Below the pieces are notes generated by a model, which saw only the letters and a program-made list of their open reading frames with translations, did no database searches and was not told where the DNA came from. The position numbers and the translations under genes are program-made. 64,000 nucleotides of DNA, from contig QPGO01000137.1 in the NCBI GenBank assembly GCA_008632985.1, positions 1 through 64,000 of the forward strand, written 5' to 3'. How positions within the stretch are numbered: position 1 is the first letter of the stretch; the number at the start of each line of letters is the position of its first letter. Below are positions 11,816 through 24,264 of this stretch, piece by piece. This DNA is from Psammoneis japonica (Eukaryota).

Positions 11816-14480
11816 TCAACATGAAGGCAAGGGCAAAGGGTGTTGCCACCAAAAAGAGGGAGAACACCCATTTGTCATTGCATCTGCCACAAAAGTCACA
11901 GTCACTCCATCAGAAATGTGGCTCTGTCATGACATTTGTGATGGTTGGTTTTCAAAACAAGCTGCTCTGCTTTGAATGACACAACTCAAGCAAAAGAACT
12001 TGGAGCCTTGAATGATTTTCATGCTGGCAGCACCAAAACAACCAGCTGGAAATGGCAGCCAAGCACCCCTTTTGCTGACAAGCTGACATCCCTCCTGCTG
12101 CCACTGCTGTGGTTGCTCATTGCTTGGCACACCTGCATGGACCCAGCACATCTTTCATGTTGTTGAATGGAAAAGGCAAAATGAGTGCTGTCACTGTTCC
12201 CTCCCCCCCCAAATGCAAGCACTGGTGAGACAGCAGGTGGGGCAGCACAGTGTCAGTCTTGAAAATCTTTTTGCCTCTTTTTGATGTGGCCTCACTTTTG
12301 CCATTGGCAACCCATGCACTGTGCAGACCCAACTCACCTGCCAACTTTTTGACAAACAATGAAGAATTTGCAATCCTCTTCTTTTCATGTCAAGAGCTTC
12401 AAAAGAAAGAGGATCACATGCAAAAAAGTTGCTGAAGACAGGACATTTGCAAACACAAGAAATGGAGGCAAGTGTGGCCAAGGTGTTGAAAAGGTTTCAT
12501 GTCTCATGAGCAGAAGTTGCCAAATGCACACATGCAGAAAGTTGGAGATCACATGCCTCCACTCAGTGGCTGGGGCCGCCAGTCTCTTGTTCATCCCAAA
12601 TTTGACACAACACTTGAAGAACAAGGCTGTCAGTGTGCGCTCATTTTTGAATGCCAAAATTGCTCTGATTTGCACTGAATCACAAACAAAAGGAATGCCA
12701 GGCACCACATTCAAAGCACAACAATGATGGCAAAATTGCCAATGTTTCTCAAAGGCACAGTTTTCTGCCATGGGGCAATCACAGCACACTGACTGTCATT
12801 TGACTCATGAGAAGCACAACTCTGAAAAGTGAGCCCCACTGCAGAAAGCCTTTGTTTTGAAAATTTTTGCAGCTTGCAGTCTTTGCCATGGTGAAATGCA
12901 GAAAAAATCACATGCAAAACACAAGTCATTTGGCTGAACTCAATCTTAAAAAATGTTGAGGTCAGTCACTCTCAAACCTGCACAACTTGGAAGCAACAGT
13001 GCATGAATCCCAGCACAGCAGCCTGTGATCCACAAACACAAGCCCACAACCTTTTGTGCACACTCACACAAGCCCCAAATGGAAGGCCTTTTTGAAGTTC
13101 CAAAGGCGGACCCACATGGACAACAGCACTGTGCATTGGACCAAACCACCTCTCGAGACTTGTTGTGTCCATCACAACAACTGCCACAAATGAGTTGCTC
13201 TGATGCAGCCAGGTGTTTTGCACCAAAAAGTGAAAAAACATTCTTGCAAGCTCTGCGTCACAGCACATCATTGCTTCAGCTGGAGCTGCTGCCCACATCT
13301 GTCTGCAGCCAACACACCCAAAGCAGCTTTGTGACATCCTTTGAGCCTCCGCCCTTCTGCCAACAAGGCAGCTTTTTTCAGCATCAACCTGATTTCCTGC
13401 ACAGGTCATTCTGCTTCTTGCACATGACTTCACTCTTGGCTTTTGCAAATGACAGGCTGATCTCTTGGTTGTCTTGCACAGAGCTCTTGCCCTGCTTTCC
13501 TCTGGGCTTCTCCTGCTCTGAGAAAAAAATGCAGAGTGCCCCCTGCCTTTCATCTTTTGCAGCAACCCTGCATGGTTCAGAGCAAGACTGCACCCAACAA
13601 TGTGGCAGTCCTTCCACCAAGAGCTGTTGACCAAAACAAGTGCCAAGATGCAAGCAAACAAACACATTTTTTTGAAGCACAGGAGTGCACTGGGCAGCAC
13701 TCTGCCATTTGTGTCTTGGCACTTTTTGCACTTCAAGCTGCAGCTGAGAAAAGGCACTCTGCCAAATTGCAAGTGACTTGGGTCTGTGCTGGTGCTTGCT
13801 GGTGTTTTGCTCTTTGTTTGAATTTTGCTCTGTTGTCACTCTGCGGCATTGTGTCATTTGCTGCACAGCTCCTCTTCTTGGTCCTCAGCAGCAGCAGTCT
13901 CGGCACCCCTGCTGCTGGCACGACTTTCAAAAACACACATGTGAAGTCTGATGAGTGAGGAGAGCATGTGGACATTGGAAACCTTGGAGAGCACATTGCA
14001 TGCCGAATCTGAGACTTCATTCAAGTTTGGAGCCACACTGCAAGAGGACGAATGATTGCGAAGGACAGCAAGGCGGAATGTCGTTGAAGGTGAATCTAAA
14101 CCAAACATCTGCATTCCTGCATGTCATTGTGATGATGATGCCCTTTCCAATTAAATTGTTCAACAAAATGGCTTTGTGACCAATTCGCGGTGTCGGGTGA
14201 CACTGGCAATGCCGGCTGCCCGTGCTGTGCTGGAGGGCATGCACACGCAATCGCACCTCATCGCCGCTCTTCGAGCAAGTTTGCCAGCACAGTGTTGAGG
14301 CAGTTTATTTGTGGCATGCATGCATTTGCAAAGGGCTGCATCTTGTTGTTGCCAATGAAGCAGCACAGTTGACATGAGCACACATCATCCCACTGCATTG
14401 CTCTTTCGAAAAACATTGTGTCGCGCCAAAGTTGGGCTGTCTGGAGCAAAAAATGCTTTTCTTTTGACATGCAAAACACC
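11816..14480 (+). repeat. Copy 1 of a ~2.6-kb composite duplicated block
   Basis: Collinear with 17717-20360. Both start atgaaggcaagggcaaaggg and share aaatggctttgtgaccaattcgcggtgtcgggtgacactggc. Confidence 0.85.
12570..12971 (-). mobile_element. Degenerate copy of the 24417-24810 element; another copy at ~18463-18862
   Basis: Reverse complement aligns by eye to 24417-24810. The terminus is followed by tcaa where TTAA is expected. Confidence 0.7.
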
Positions 14481-14988
14481 ACCAAAAAAGAGCTTGTGCC
14501 TTTCAAAATCATCTCATGTAACCACATCATCCAAGCCATGGGTCCCCGCATGACACACTCCACATTTGACTTTCAAACGGTGTCACGCAGCCATGCATCC
14601 ATGCATCTTTCAAGAGTGAGCCGCAACTGATTGTCCGTGCCTTTGATTTTTTTCGACAGTGTGCGAATTCGGACCATGAGAAGAATGAGGCAATTTATTT
14701 TGAGGTCTTTGAGCAGAGGTGCGACGCTTTGGTTTCTTTGTCGGTGGCATGATGCAAAGAAACGCTCACGAAGGACGCAACACCATCATTCTGTATCCAT
14801 GAAATGCTCTGTTCGCTTTTAGCATGTTTCTACGTGTGATTTGTACACAAATCTTGCGTGAAGCTCCGATCGTTGCTTCGGGACGAAAATTCGAGCTTCA
14901 TGCGAGAAATCGCGCAATTGGTCGCTGGACACCACTTTCAACTTTTACAACCTGTTCCTTTATTGCCGTCGTTCATCGTGCATTCAGG

Positions 14989-16317
14989 ATGGACGGCAAT
15001 GTGAAATTCAGCTCAGACAAAGAGTTGAAAGAATGGTTGAAAAACAGAGGGGTGGACGAGGACGATGTTGAGACAGCGGCAGCCGCGCTTAAAGGAGTAA
15101 AAGACTCTGACACACTACTTGGTCTCAGCGGTCAGCAGCTGCAACAAGTCGGATTTGATGTTCTCCTTGCGAATAGGTTGAGCAATAAATTCAAACCGCA
15201 GCAACCACCGCGATTAACAGAGTCGACAGTAGCTGCGCTAAACGAATTTGCGGAAGAGCTTGTGGCAAGGAAAAGAACAATTACTCTCTCTAACGCAACG
15301 CAAGGAGTGAAGACCGAATTGATGGACATGCTGAGGTTACCGGAGAAAGGTGCCTCTTGGCCAAACAAGCCTGCAATTCCACAGCGCGTTGATGGATTTG
15401 TGTGGCGTAAGGGCGACGAGCATTCTGATGATAATCGACAGGCGTATATGGATTATCTTAGAGATATGTTGCAGATTCCGGAAAACTACGATTTGGCGGA
15501 TGTGCATCCACACAGGCATCTTCTTTCCGTGGAACTATTTCGAGGTACGACAGAGAGTCGAAAAGTAAGTGGGACTACGGATGTTGCTATTGCGAAATCC
15601 CAGCACGTTATGAATGATGCGGTTCGGAACAACATAGAAACTTTGCTGGAATTGAAAACACCCAAGAACATGAAAGGGAAAGACCACACTCCACAAATGA
15701 TCGTCGAACACATTGCGGCATCTTATTTGAATCTCGACCATGCTGTGGTTTCGGTATTGACAGATCTAAGTACAAAGTGGATCTTTTTTTGGTATGCCGT
15801 TGGGGAGGAGGATGCAAAGATGTCCCTCTTCAGGCTTACCCTCGACGGTGATGGAGCCGCAGCGGATGCGAAGTACCTTCTGGATAGCCTTTATGATAAA
15901 TCAGTTGGAGAGACCCTCCCTGCTACTTTTGCGGAACGCCAACCTCTTCAAGCCGTTCTGAATGACCTCCTCAGCCGAAAGAGAGAGCGAATGGAACTCG
16001 ATGGTGACAATGATCACAACCCCGACAGATATTCGAAACCTTCTTCATCAGGTGGCACGGGACAGCATCCAGGTTCCAATGCTGACTCCTCGTCAGAAAG
16101 GAAGGCTAGCCCCGGACAACAGAGCGACCTACGCAGCAAAGGAGATGGTGGAAGTGCTCCAATGAACGTGGCGAATGCATTGAGTCTGTTTGCTCCTCCA
16201 GCTGACAGAGACGTTGCCAACGAGCTTGATCTGCTAGATATGGTGGGACCAGACGAGCAGTACGAAATTGTTTCGTCATTTGCTTCAAAGCATATCGTCC
16301 CGTATATGAAGGGTTAG
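14989..16317 (+). CDS. Crinkler/CR-type protein: SAM-like N-terminus plus PD-(D/E)xK restriction-endonuclease-like domain
   Basis: Intact ORF; the track starts it at 14824, and ATG 14989 is my preferred start. N-terminal LKEWLKNRGV..LLGLSGQQLQQVG looks SAM-like; core VSGTTDVAI..LLELKT..PQMIVE..VVSVLTDL. Confidence 0.75.
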   Translation: MDGNVKFSSDKELKEWLKNRGVDEDDVETAAAALKGVKDSDTLLGLSGQQLQQVGFDVLLANRLSNKFKPQQPPRLTESTVAALNEFAEELVARKRTITLSNATQGVKTELMDMLRLPEKGASWPNKPAIPQRVDGFVWRKGDEHSDDNRQAYMDYLRDMLQIPENYDLADVHPHRHLLSVELFRGTTESRKVSGTTDVAIAKSQHVMNDAVRNNIETLLELKTPKNMKGKDHTPQMIVEHIAASYLNLDHAVVSVLTDLSTKWIFFWYAVGEEDAKMSLFRLTLDGDGAAADAKYLLDSLYDKSVGETLPATFAERQPLQAVLNDLLSRKRERMELDGDNDHNPDRYSKPSSSGGTGQHPGSNADSSSERKASPGQQSDLRSKGDGGSAPMNVANALSLFAPPADRDVANELDLLDMVGPDEQYEIVSSFASKHIVPYMKG

Positions 16318-17109
16318 AGGCGGGATGCCACTGTTTTAGACGAAACCATGTGCACTACTCGGAAGAACCAGACGAATACTCATACAGGACAAAGCCTTGA
16401 ACCCTCGGTGAAGACCAGGAATGAAATGAGTTCGGTATGAAAGGGTATGGCACTGGGTACCGACGTTTCTCTATGAGGCTCGGTCGTCGGTCGCGCTGGG
16501 ATGTCACGGCTTTGTACCTCAGCGACAAATTACTGTCACAAAATGTGTACGTGAAATTTTTCAGGTTAGGGACACTATACGACTACGCTTTCTTCTATAC
16601 GGTAGTGTCGTTAATAGGCGAGGCTTAATCAAGGGCTTTGTGGTCCACGGCGCGCCTAGAAAAAGATTTCTCCCAGCACTTTCGTGTGCCGGTACCTGGT
16701 AGATAGTTGTACGAAAAAAGTGTGGGAGAAATCACTCTCAGACTTTGGCAAGCAATCCCTTGTCGCTGGCATGCGTGCACGTGTGCACTGTGCACAACAG
16801 ATGGGTGGTGGTGGTGAGGATGACAGTGGCATGGGTCATGCAAGTGGGGTGCCAACAAGGCAGGTTCTTGGAAGATGGGATGGTAAGTTTGGAGTCAAGC
16901 TTGTGTGCATGGCGTGACAGCTGTCCAGCTTGGGCTTTGGTGACGGGGCAAAACTGACACTTTTACAGGCCCCATTGTTGAGCAGAAGGTGTTTTGTGGT
17001 GTGGCAGCAGGTGGTGTTGCGTGTTGGCCAAGCAACTGTCACTCTGGACAATGTGGCTCAGTCGCCCTTCTTGTGCTTCACTTTTGGTGGCACCAAGCCC
17101 CAGCCAATG

Positions 17110-17716
17110 TCTGTGGAATCTTGGCTTTTGCAAATGACAGGCTGCTTTCTTGACCATCTTTTACAGAGCTTTTGCATTGCTCTCCCAACCCTGTGCATGG
17201 TTCAGAGAAAGAGTGCACCCAATGCAACAGCCCCTCCACCAAGCACTGTGAGAAGCACAAACATGGTGTTTTTGGAGTGCTGTGGGAGAGCACAATGATG
17301 GAAGGCATTCCACTGCTTGTCTTTTGGCATTTTTTGCAGCACTTCAAGTCACAGCTGAGAAAAGGCACTCTGCCAAATTGCAAAGTGACTTGGGTCTGTG
17401 CTGGTGCTTGCTTTCTCAGCTCCTCTTCTTGTTGATGCTGCAGCGAGCACACAGAACATTGGCAGCATCAGTCTCAGTGCTGCCCCTGCTGGTGGTGGCA
17501 TGACTTTCAAAAACACACATGCAAGCTCTGAGTGAGGAGAGCATGATGTGGACATTGGAAAATGGGAGAGCACATTGCACGCCAAATCTGAGACTCTGTT
17601 GTTTGTGAGTTTGGAGCCACACAAGACGATGATTGCAAAGGACAGCAAGACAGGCAGAACGTCATTGTCAGGCGAATCTAAAAAATGCACATCTACATTG
17701 CTGTTGTGTTGCTGAA
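17110..17716 (+). repeat. Partial third copy of the duplicated block
   Basis: Shares cagctgagaaaaggcactctgccaaattgc and flanks with ~13430-14120 and ~19310-20030. Confidence 0.8.
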
Positions 17717-20360
17717 ATGAAGGCAAGGGCAAAGGGCATTGCCATCAAAAAGGAAGAAAATCCAGTTGTTGTTGCATCTGCCACAAAAGACATGGTCATC
17801 CCATCAGAAACGCAGCTCTGTCATGACACATTTGTGACAGCTGGTCTTCCAAACAAGCCACCCTCCTCCTTTGAATGACACAACTCAAGCAAAGTGCTTG
17901 GAGGCTTGAAAACATTTTCACACTGGTGGCACCAAAGGAGCAACCAGCCAGAGATTGCAGCCAAGCACTCCTTCAGCTGACAAGCTGACAGCCCTCCTGC
18001 TGCTGCTGTTGCTGCTCATTGTCACACCTGTGTGGACCCAGCACATGTTTCATGTCATGGAGTGGAAAAGGCAAAATGAGTGCTGTCACTGTTCCTCCAA
18101 AAAAAAAATTGCAAGCCTTGGTGAGACAGCAGGTGGAACAGCACAGTGTCAGTGTTGAAAATCTTTTTGCCTCTTTTTGATGTGGCCTCCACTTTTGCCA
18201 TCAGCAACCCATGCACTGTGCAGACCCAACTTGCCCACTGACTTTTTGACAAACACTGAAGAATGCACAGTCCTCTTTTTTTCATGTCAAGAGCTTCAAA
18301 AGCAAGAGGAGCACATGCAAAAGTTGCTGAAGACAGGACATTTGCAAACACAAGAAATTGAGGCAAGTGTGGCCAAGGTGTTGAAAAGGTTTCATGTCTC
18401 ATGAGCAGAAGCTGCTGCCAAATGCACACATGCAGAAAGTCAGAGATCACATGCCTCCACTCAGTGGCCGCCAGTCTCTTGTTCATTCCAAAGTTGACAT
18501 GACACTTGAAGAACAAGGCTGTTTGCATGTGCGCTCAATTTTGAACACCAAAATTGTTCCAATTTGCACTGGATCAAGCAAAAAACAAAAATGACAGGCA
18601 CCATGATCAAAGCACCAAAAAATGATGGCAATCATCATCATTTCTCAAAAATGCAGTTTTCTCCCATGGGGCAATCGCGCCACACTGACAATCATTTGAC
18701 TCATGAGGAGCACAACTCTGAAGTGAGCTCTGATGTGGAACCCTCCATTTTGAAAACTTTTGCACCTTGCAGTCTTCACCACAGTGAAATGAAAAAACAG
18801 CACGCAAAACACAAGTCATTTGGCTGAGTTCAATCTAAAAAAAACATTGAGGTTGGCCACCCTCAAACCTGCACAACTTGGAAACAACAGTTCAAGAAAC
18901 CGCAGCAGCCCACAATCTGCAAACCCAAACCCATGACCTTTTGTGCACATTCACTCAAGCCCCAAATGGGGAGCTTTTTTGAAGTGCCAAAGGCTGATGA
19001 CCCACATGGCCAACAGCGCTGAACATTGGACCAAACCATCTCTTGAGACTTGCACCCATTGCAACAACCGCTGACAATGCACTGTGCTGAGAGCTGGGTG
19101 TTTTGCACCAAAAAGTGAAAAAATGTTCTTGCAAGCTTCTCTGCATCACACCACATCATGACTTCAGCCGGAGCTGCTGCCCATCTGTCTGCAGCCAGTG
19201 CACCCAAAGGAGCTTTGTGACATCCTTCAAGCCTCCACCCTTTTGCTGCTGGTGTGGAACCCAATTTCCTGCACAGGTCATCCTGCTTTCTGCGCTTTAT
19301 TTTTCTCTTGGCTTTTGCAAATGACGTGCTGTTTCTTGACTGTCTTGCACAGAGCTCTTGTCTTGCTTTCCCCTGGACTTCTCCTGGGCTGAGAGAAAAT
19401 TGCAGAGCACCCCCCTCAACTTTCATCGTTTGTGGCAACCCTGCACAGCTTGGAGTGAGAGTGGTGCACCCAGCACAGCAGTCACTTCACCAAGTGCTGT
19501 TGATTAAAACAAGTGCCAAGATGCACGTGAACAAGAAACACAGCTTTTTGGAGCACAGGAGGAGCACGCTGGGAAGTGCTCTGCCCCCTCCCCCCTTGTC
19601 TTGGTGCTTTTTGTGCACTTCAACAAGTCACAGCTGAGAAAAGGCACTCTGCCAAATTGCAAGTGACTTGGGTCCATGCTGGCACTGTTGCTTGCTGGTG
19701 TGCTTTGCTCTTTCTTTGATTGGCACTGTTTTGTCGCTCCGCGGCATTGTGCCATTTGTGCACAGCTTTTCTTTTGTGTGCAGTGTGCGCCAAAACACCA
19801 TCATCAACAGCAGCAGTCTCGGCACCCTTGCTGCTGGCACATCTTTCAAAAACAAAAAACGTGTGAGCTCTGAGCAAGGAGAGCATGCGGACATTGGAAA
19901 ATGGACGTTGCATGCCGAATCTGAGACTCCATTCAATCAAGTTTGCGGCGCATGGAGCCACTCGATTGCGAGGGACAGCAAGACGGAACACCGTTGAAGG
20001 CGTATCTAACAATTTACATCTTCATTGCTCAAAGAAAGAATAAAGATGCCTTTCTTAAATAAATTATTTAACGAAATGGCTTTGTGACCAATTCGCGGTG
20101 TCGGGTGACACTGGCCGCGCCGGCCGCCCGTGCTCACCGTGCTGGAGGCTGGAGTGCGTGCATTCAATCGCGTCTCGAGCAATTTTGCCAGCAGGTTGAG
20201 GCGGTTTGTTAGTTGCGTGCGTGCATTTGCAAAGGGCAGTTACGTTTTTGTTGCCAATGAAGTACGGTAATAATTGAAGTGATACAGCACAACATCGCCT
20301 TGCAGTGCTCTTTCGAAAAGCATTATATATAATAAAGTTAGGCTATCTAAAAACAAAAAA
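17717..20360 (+). repeat. Copy 2 of the duplicated block; its 3' end is the upstream region of the GGCT-like gene
   Basis: Collinear with 11816-14480. The last ~350 bp keep TpA, including TATA-like attatatataataaa near 20322. Confidence 0.85.
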
Positions 20361-20367
20361 CTCTTAC

Positions 20368-21321
20368 ATGACTGTCGACATCATGTCAGACAAGAGTAGG
20401 CGGGGGAATGGAGAAAAAGAAGAAACAGGCGGCTGCGGCATTCTCTACTTTGGGTACGGCGCTCTCGTGAATCCAGTCTCTCGTGCTCGTCGAGGAGTCG
20501 AAACCATCAATGAGCGTCCGGCGATTCTCGATAATTTTCGCCTAACATTTGCTTACGGAGGAGCCGCAAATATTTTGAGAAAAAGAGGATGGTCTGTACA
20601 CGGTGTTCTTATGGAGTGCAAGGCGGAAAAAGACTGGGAGTTATTAAAAGAGTTTGATGCCGGATACGATTGTATTGACGTGGAAGTCTTTCCGTACGAG
20701 TCGGAACAGTCCGTAAAGGCACATATTTTTGTAATGGCACACGATGAAACCGAAAACGCAAAGCTCCCTACAGAGAAACTACCACAGGAGCGATACGTCA
20801 AGGTGATTGCCTCGGGCATGCGACATCACGGCGTGGACATTGATTACATTGATTACTCTATCCTCAATGTGCCCTATATTCCCAATCGTAAGCCGGAAGA
20901 GTACCTTACCTTTCCGCAGCAAAAAGAAGGCAAATTGAAAGCAATGACCTATACGGAATACACAAAGAAGGCACAAAAGAAGGCCTTGTTTCTAATTGGG
21001 AATCGCATCATTATGTTGGGTGATCATGACCCCGAATCTCCCTTTGTGGTTTGGATATCCACTCGCATAGTTGGAAAAGAAGATTGTACCTGGACCATGT
21101 TGCAAACATTATTTGATCCGGATTTACCCACGTGCGAAACAGAAGCCGACATTCAGAAATTGCACAATGACTGGACGGAAAATCAACTCTGCGAAAAGTT
21201 TGAACAGGCCAACCTCTCTGGAACGGTGGTTGCGTTGCTCAAAGAGTCGTCCTTCAAGAAGAAACCATCGTCCGTTGGCCGTCTCAAGGCTTCCTTCCGG
21301 AGACTTACAGTCAAGAAATAG
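20368..21321 (+). CDS. Gamma-glutamylcyclotransferase / AIG2-like family protein
   Basis: LYFGYGAL, RPAILDNFRLTF..GGAANI, VHGVL, PQERYVKVIASG. Start is ATG 20368 or 20383. Confidence 0.8.
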   Translation: MTVDIMSDKSRRGNGEKEETGGCGILYFGYGALVNPVSRARRGVETINERPAILDNFRLTFAYGGAANILRKRGWSVHGVLMECKAEKDWELLKEFDAGYDCIDVEVFPYESEQSVKAHIFVMAHDETENAKLPTEKLPQERYVKVIASGMRHHGVDIDYIDYSILNVPYIPNRKPEEYLTFPQQKEGKLKAMTYTEYTKKAQKKALFLIGNRIIMLGDHDPESPFVVWISTRIVGKEDCTWTMLQTLFDPDLPTCETEADIQKLHNDWTENQLCEKFEQANLSGTVVALLKESSFKKKPSSVGRLKASFRRLTVKK

Positions 21322-21968
21322 CAGAAGTGTGATGGTTTGCCAGTCGCTCCGTTTTTTTTTTAGAATGACTTGTGGTCCTGATGATGATTCTTGAGAGACA
21401 CACAAGTGCTGCAAGGTTTCCTACACCATGACGAAACGGAGCCTGCGAATGCGCGGCATACATCCTATTACCGCCTGCGGCATTCATCGGCTGAAGCTTG
21501 CCATTCGTACGTGTGTGACAGTCTGCTTTGGGTGACACTACGTGTACCTTGTACTATTCTAAAAGGTACACGTTGTTTTTCTGCAGCCTGGCTAACTACC
21601 GCGATTGACAGATTCTTTTTGGTTTTGGAAATGCTCCAGTCGAGCAACGTTATTGGTGCGGATAGACTAGCAGCCAGAGTCGATGAGGCTCATCAAGATC
21701 CCGTTTTAGCGGGAATTTTTACAAATCACGTTACTGTCTGTGTCGCAAGGATCTCTGGGGTGGAAACAAGGTGAATGATTCATGTTTCACAACTCCTTTT
21801 TTTTTTTGCGGGGCCATTTTGCGAGAGACTGATCTTCCTCAACCGCAGAGAAAGAAATGAAGGGTCCATGTACAAATTATATATGATAAGGGACCCGTGT
21901 ACAGTACATAGAGTGTAGTTGAATTAGCAAGAAGATCAGCGATACACTATATCCTTGTTCGTGTAGTA

Positions 21969-22405
21969 CTCTAGTCGTTTGTTTCCGCTCTTTTGTGCAT
22001 GGCCTTCAATGGCGGATCTATTATCGATTATAAATTCTTGTACTAAAATGTGTCCCAACGAGTCGAGCGACAGGCCCATCCATTTTCTTTCCGTCTCCGT
22101 TTCTCATTATTTCTAATCACGAGAAATTAACAATGCCAAACTTACATAGTGAAGTGGAATTAAATGTGTTCTTGTTTGGGCACTCTCTAGTCCTTTGTTT
22201 CCGCCTTCTGTTGTAGGACCTTCGATGGCGGATTTGTTTTCGATTATAACTTCTTTTATGTATCCCAACGAGTTCTCACGGGAAATAACAATACCAAACT
22301 AAGTGTAGTGGAATTAGAAAGATCGGCGTTATCACATTCTTTTATATATGTGTCCCAACGAGTTCTCATTTCTAATCACGGGAAATAACAACACCAAACT
22401 TATTC
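21969..22405. repeat. Degenerate tandem duplications of the Hsp70 3' end and UTR
   Basis: The tcacg(g/a)gaaat..aacaa..ccaaact motif occurs at ~22116, ~22275 and ~22376; tcccaacgagt occurs three times. Confidence 0.8.
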
Positions 22406-24264
22406 TCCAGAGCGTGTCCTCGGTTCTTCATCTCCTCCAGAGTGGCATCCTCGCTATCGAGTTCTAGCCAGTCCATTAATTCTTCAAGTTCCATCATTTT
22501 GTCCTCGTCGTCACAAGCACTGGTGGATTGCGCGGATAGGAGCGCCTCCTCCATGGCTGTCTTGTAGGCTGCCTTTTTGGCGAGTTCCGCATCCTGCGCT
22601 CGGTACCGTTCGGCCTCTGCAATCATTCGATCAATGTCGTCTTCGCTGAGACGACCCTTTTCCGCCTTGATGGTGGCTTGCGCTTGAGCACCCGTGACTT
22701 GGTCCTGTGCGGATACATTCAAGATCCCATTGGCATCCAATGAAAAGGTAACATCGACTTTCGGTTCGCCTGCCGGTGCACGTTGAATACCCGAAATGAC
22801 AAAGGATCCCAGTTTGTTATTTGCGTCAATGGAAGGACGTTCCCCTTCGTATACGACAACATCAATCGATTGCTGATAGTGCTCCACTGTCGTGTAGGTC
22901 CTTGTCTTTTTGCAAGGGATGGGTGTATTTCTCTTGATGAGCGTCGACATGGTTCGTCCCTCCAATTCAATCCCCAACGACAATGGCGTCACGTCCAGGA
23001 GCAACAAGTCTTGACTTTGTTGTTGCATCAAATCTTGTCCACCTCCACTACCACCCGTGGCTAAAATGTGTCCTTGTACGGCAGCACCAATCGAAACCGC
23101 CTCGTCGGGATGCAAGGTCTTTGACAATTGTATGCGTTGATCAAACATGTCGAAAAGAGCCGATTGCAAAAACGGAACACGTGTACTACCACCCACAAGG
23201 ACGACATTGGTGACTTGGTCCATTTCGACTTGAGCATCCACCAAAACAGACTTGACCGTATCCAAACATTTTTGAAAGAGATCGGCGTTGATTTCTTCAA
23301 ACACGGTACGTGATAGCGACACTTCAAAGTCAACATTATTGGGCAACAGTGAGTCAACCTCAATGTCGACGGAAAGACTGGATGATAGAGTTCGTTTGGC
23401 ACTCTCAACCGCTTGCTTCAAACGTGACATGGCACGATTGTCTTGACGCAACGCGTCTACATCGACGGATGGATGCTGCTGCTTGATTTGCTGAAAACAC
23501 CAAGTCATGACGGAATGATCAAAGTCTTCTCCTCCCAAATGCGTATCGCCACCCGTCGCCATGACTTCCAACACGCCCTCATTCATGGTGAGACACGTCA
23601 CATCAAAGGTTCCTCCACCTAAATCAAAAATAATGATATTATTTCCCTTTTCTGATGAAGAAGTGTCATTATGCAATCCATAGGCAAGCGCCGCCGCCGT
23701 GGGTTCGTTAATGACACGTCGTACGTTTAATCCTGCAATTCGCCCCGCATCTTTGGTCGCTTGTCGTTGCTGGTTATTAAAGTGTGCTGGTACCGTAATG
23801 ACGGCATCCTTGATTTTTGTCTTTAGATATCGCTCTGCTTCGTGACGTAATTCACTCAAAATCATGGCACTGATTTGTTCCGGAGACAATTGCTTTGTTT
23901 CGCCACCAAGCCACTGAACGGTAATTAACGGTTCATCGTGTTTGCCTCGCGTCACTGAAAAGGGAAATTGTTTCATCTCTTCTTGTGTTACAGAGTCTGA
24001 AAAGGATCGTCCCAAAATACGTTTCACATCATAGACTGTATTGGTAGCATTCGACGATGCCTGATTCTTGGCGGCGGATCCAACGAGCACTTTTCCACTT
24101 TGAGCACTAAATCCGACCCACGACGGCATGGTCCTGCCAGAAGCGGTTGGAATTACCTCTACCTTTTGACTCGTTTTGTTAAAGCAAGAAACACATGAGT
24201 AGGTTGTACCTAGATCGATACCAATCACAAGACCTGATGGTTCTTGCTCGACATCCGTCATCAT
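22372..24264 (-). CDS. HSP70: Hsp70-family chaperone with short lid and no EEVD
   Basis: GIDLGTTYS, TVPAHFN, INEPTAAALAYG, IFDLGGGTFDV, VLVGGSTRVP, LLLDVTPLSLG. First ATG at 24264. Confidence 0.95.
   Translation of the reverse strand: MMTDVEQEPSGLVIGIDLGTTYSCVSCFNKTSQKVEVIPTASGRTMPSWVGFSAQSGKVLVGSAAKNQASSNATNTVYDVKRILGRSFSDSVTQEEMKQFPFSVTRGKHDEPLITVQWLGGETKQLSPEQISAMILSELRHEAERYLKTKIKDAVITVPAHFNNQQRQATKDAGRIAGLNVRRVINEPTAAALAYGLHNDTSSSEKGNNIIIFDLGGGTFDVTCLTMNEGVLEVMATGGDTHLGGEDFDHSVMTWCFQQIKQQHPSVDVDALRQDNRAMSRLKQAVESAKRTLSSSLSVDIEVDSLLPNNVDFEVSLSRTVFEEINADLFQKCLDTVKSVLVDAQVEMDQVTNVVLVGGSTRVPFLQSALFDMFDQRIQLSKTLHPDEAVSIGAAVQGHILATGGSGGGQDLMQQQSQDLLLLDVTPLSLGIELEGRTMSTLIKRNTPIPCKKTRTYTTVEHYQQSIDVVVYEGERPSIDANNKLGSFVISGIQRAPAGEPKVDVTFSLDANGILNVSAQDQVTGAQAQATIKAEKGRLSEDDIDRMIAEAERYRAQDAELAKKAAYKTAMEEALLSAQSTSACDDEDKMMELEELMDWLELDSEDATLEEMKNRGHALENKFGVVISRD

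Noticed and set aside
21391..21774. 127-aa ORF between the GGCT-like gene and Hsp70
   Set aside because: Non-ATG start and no recognisable motif.
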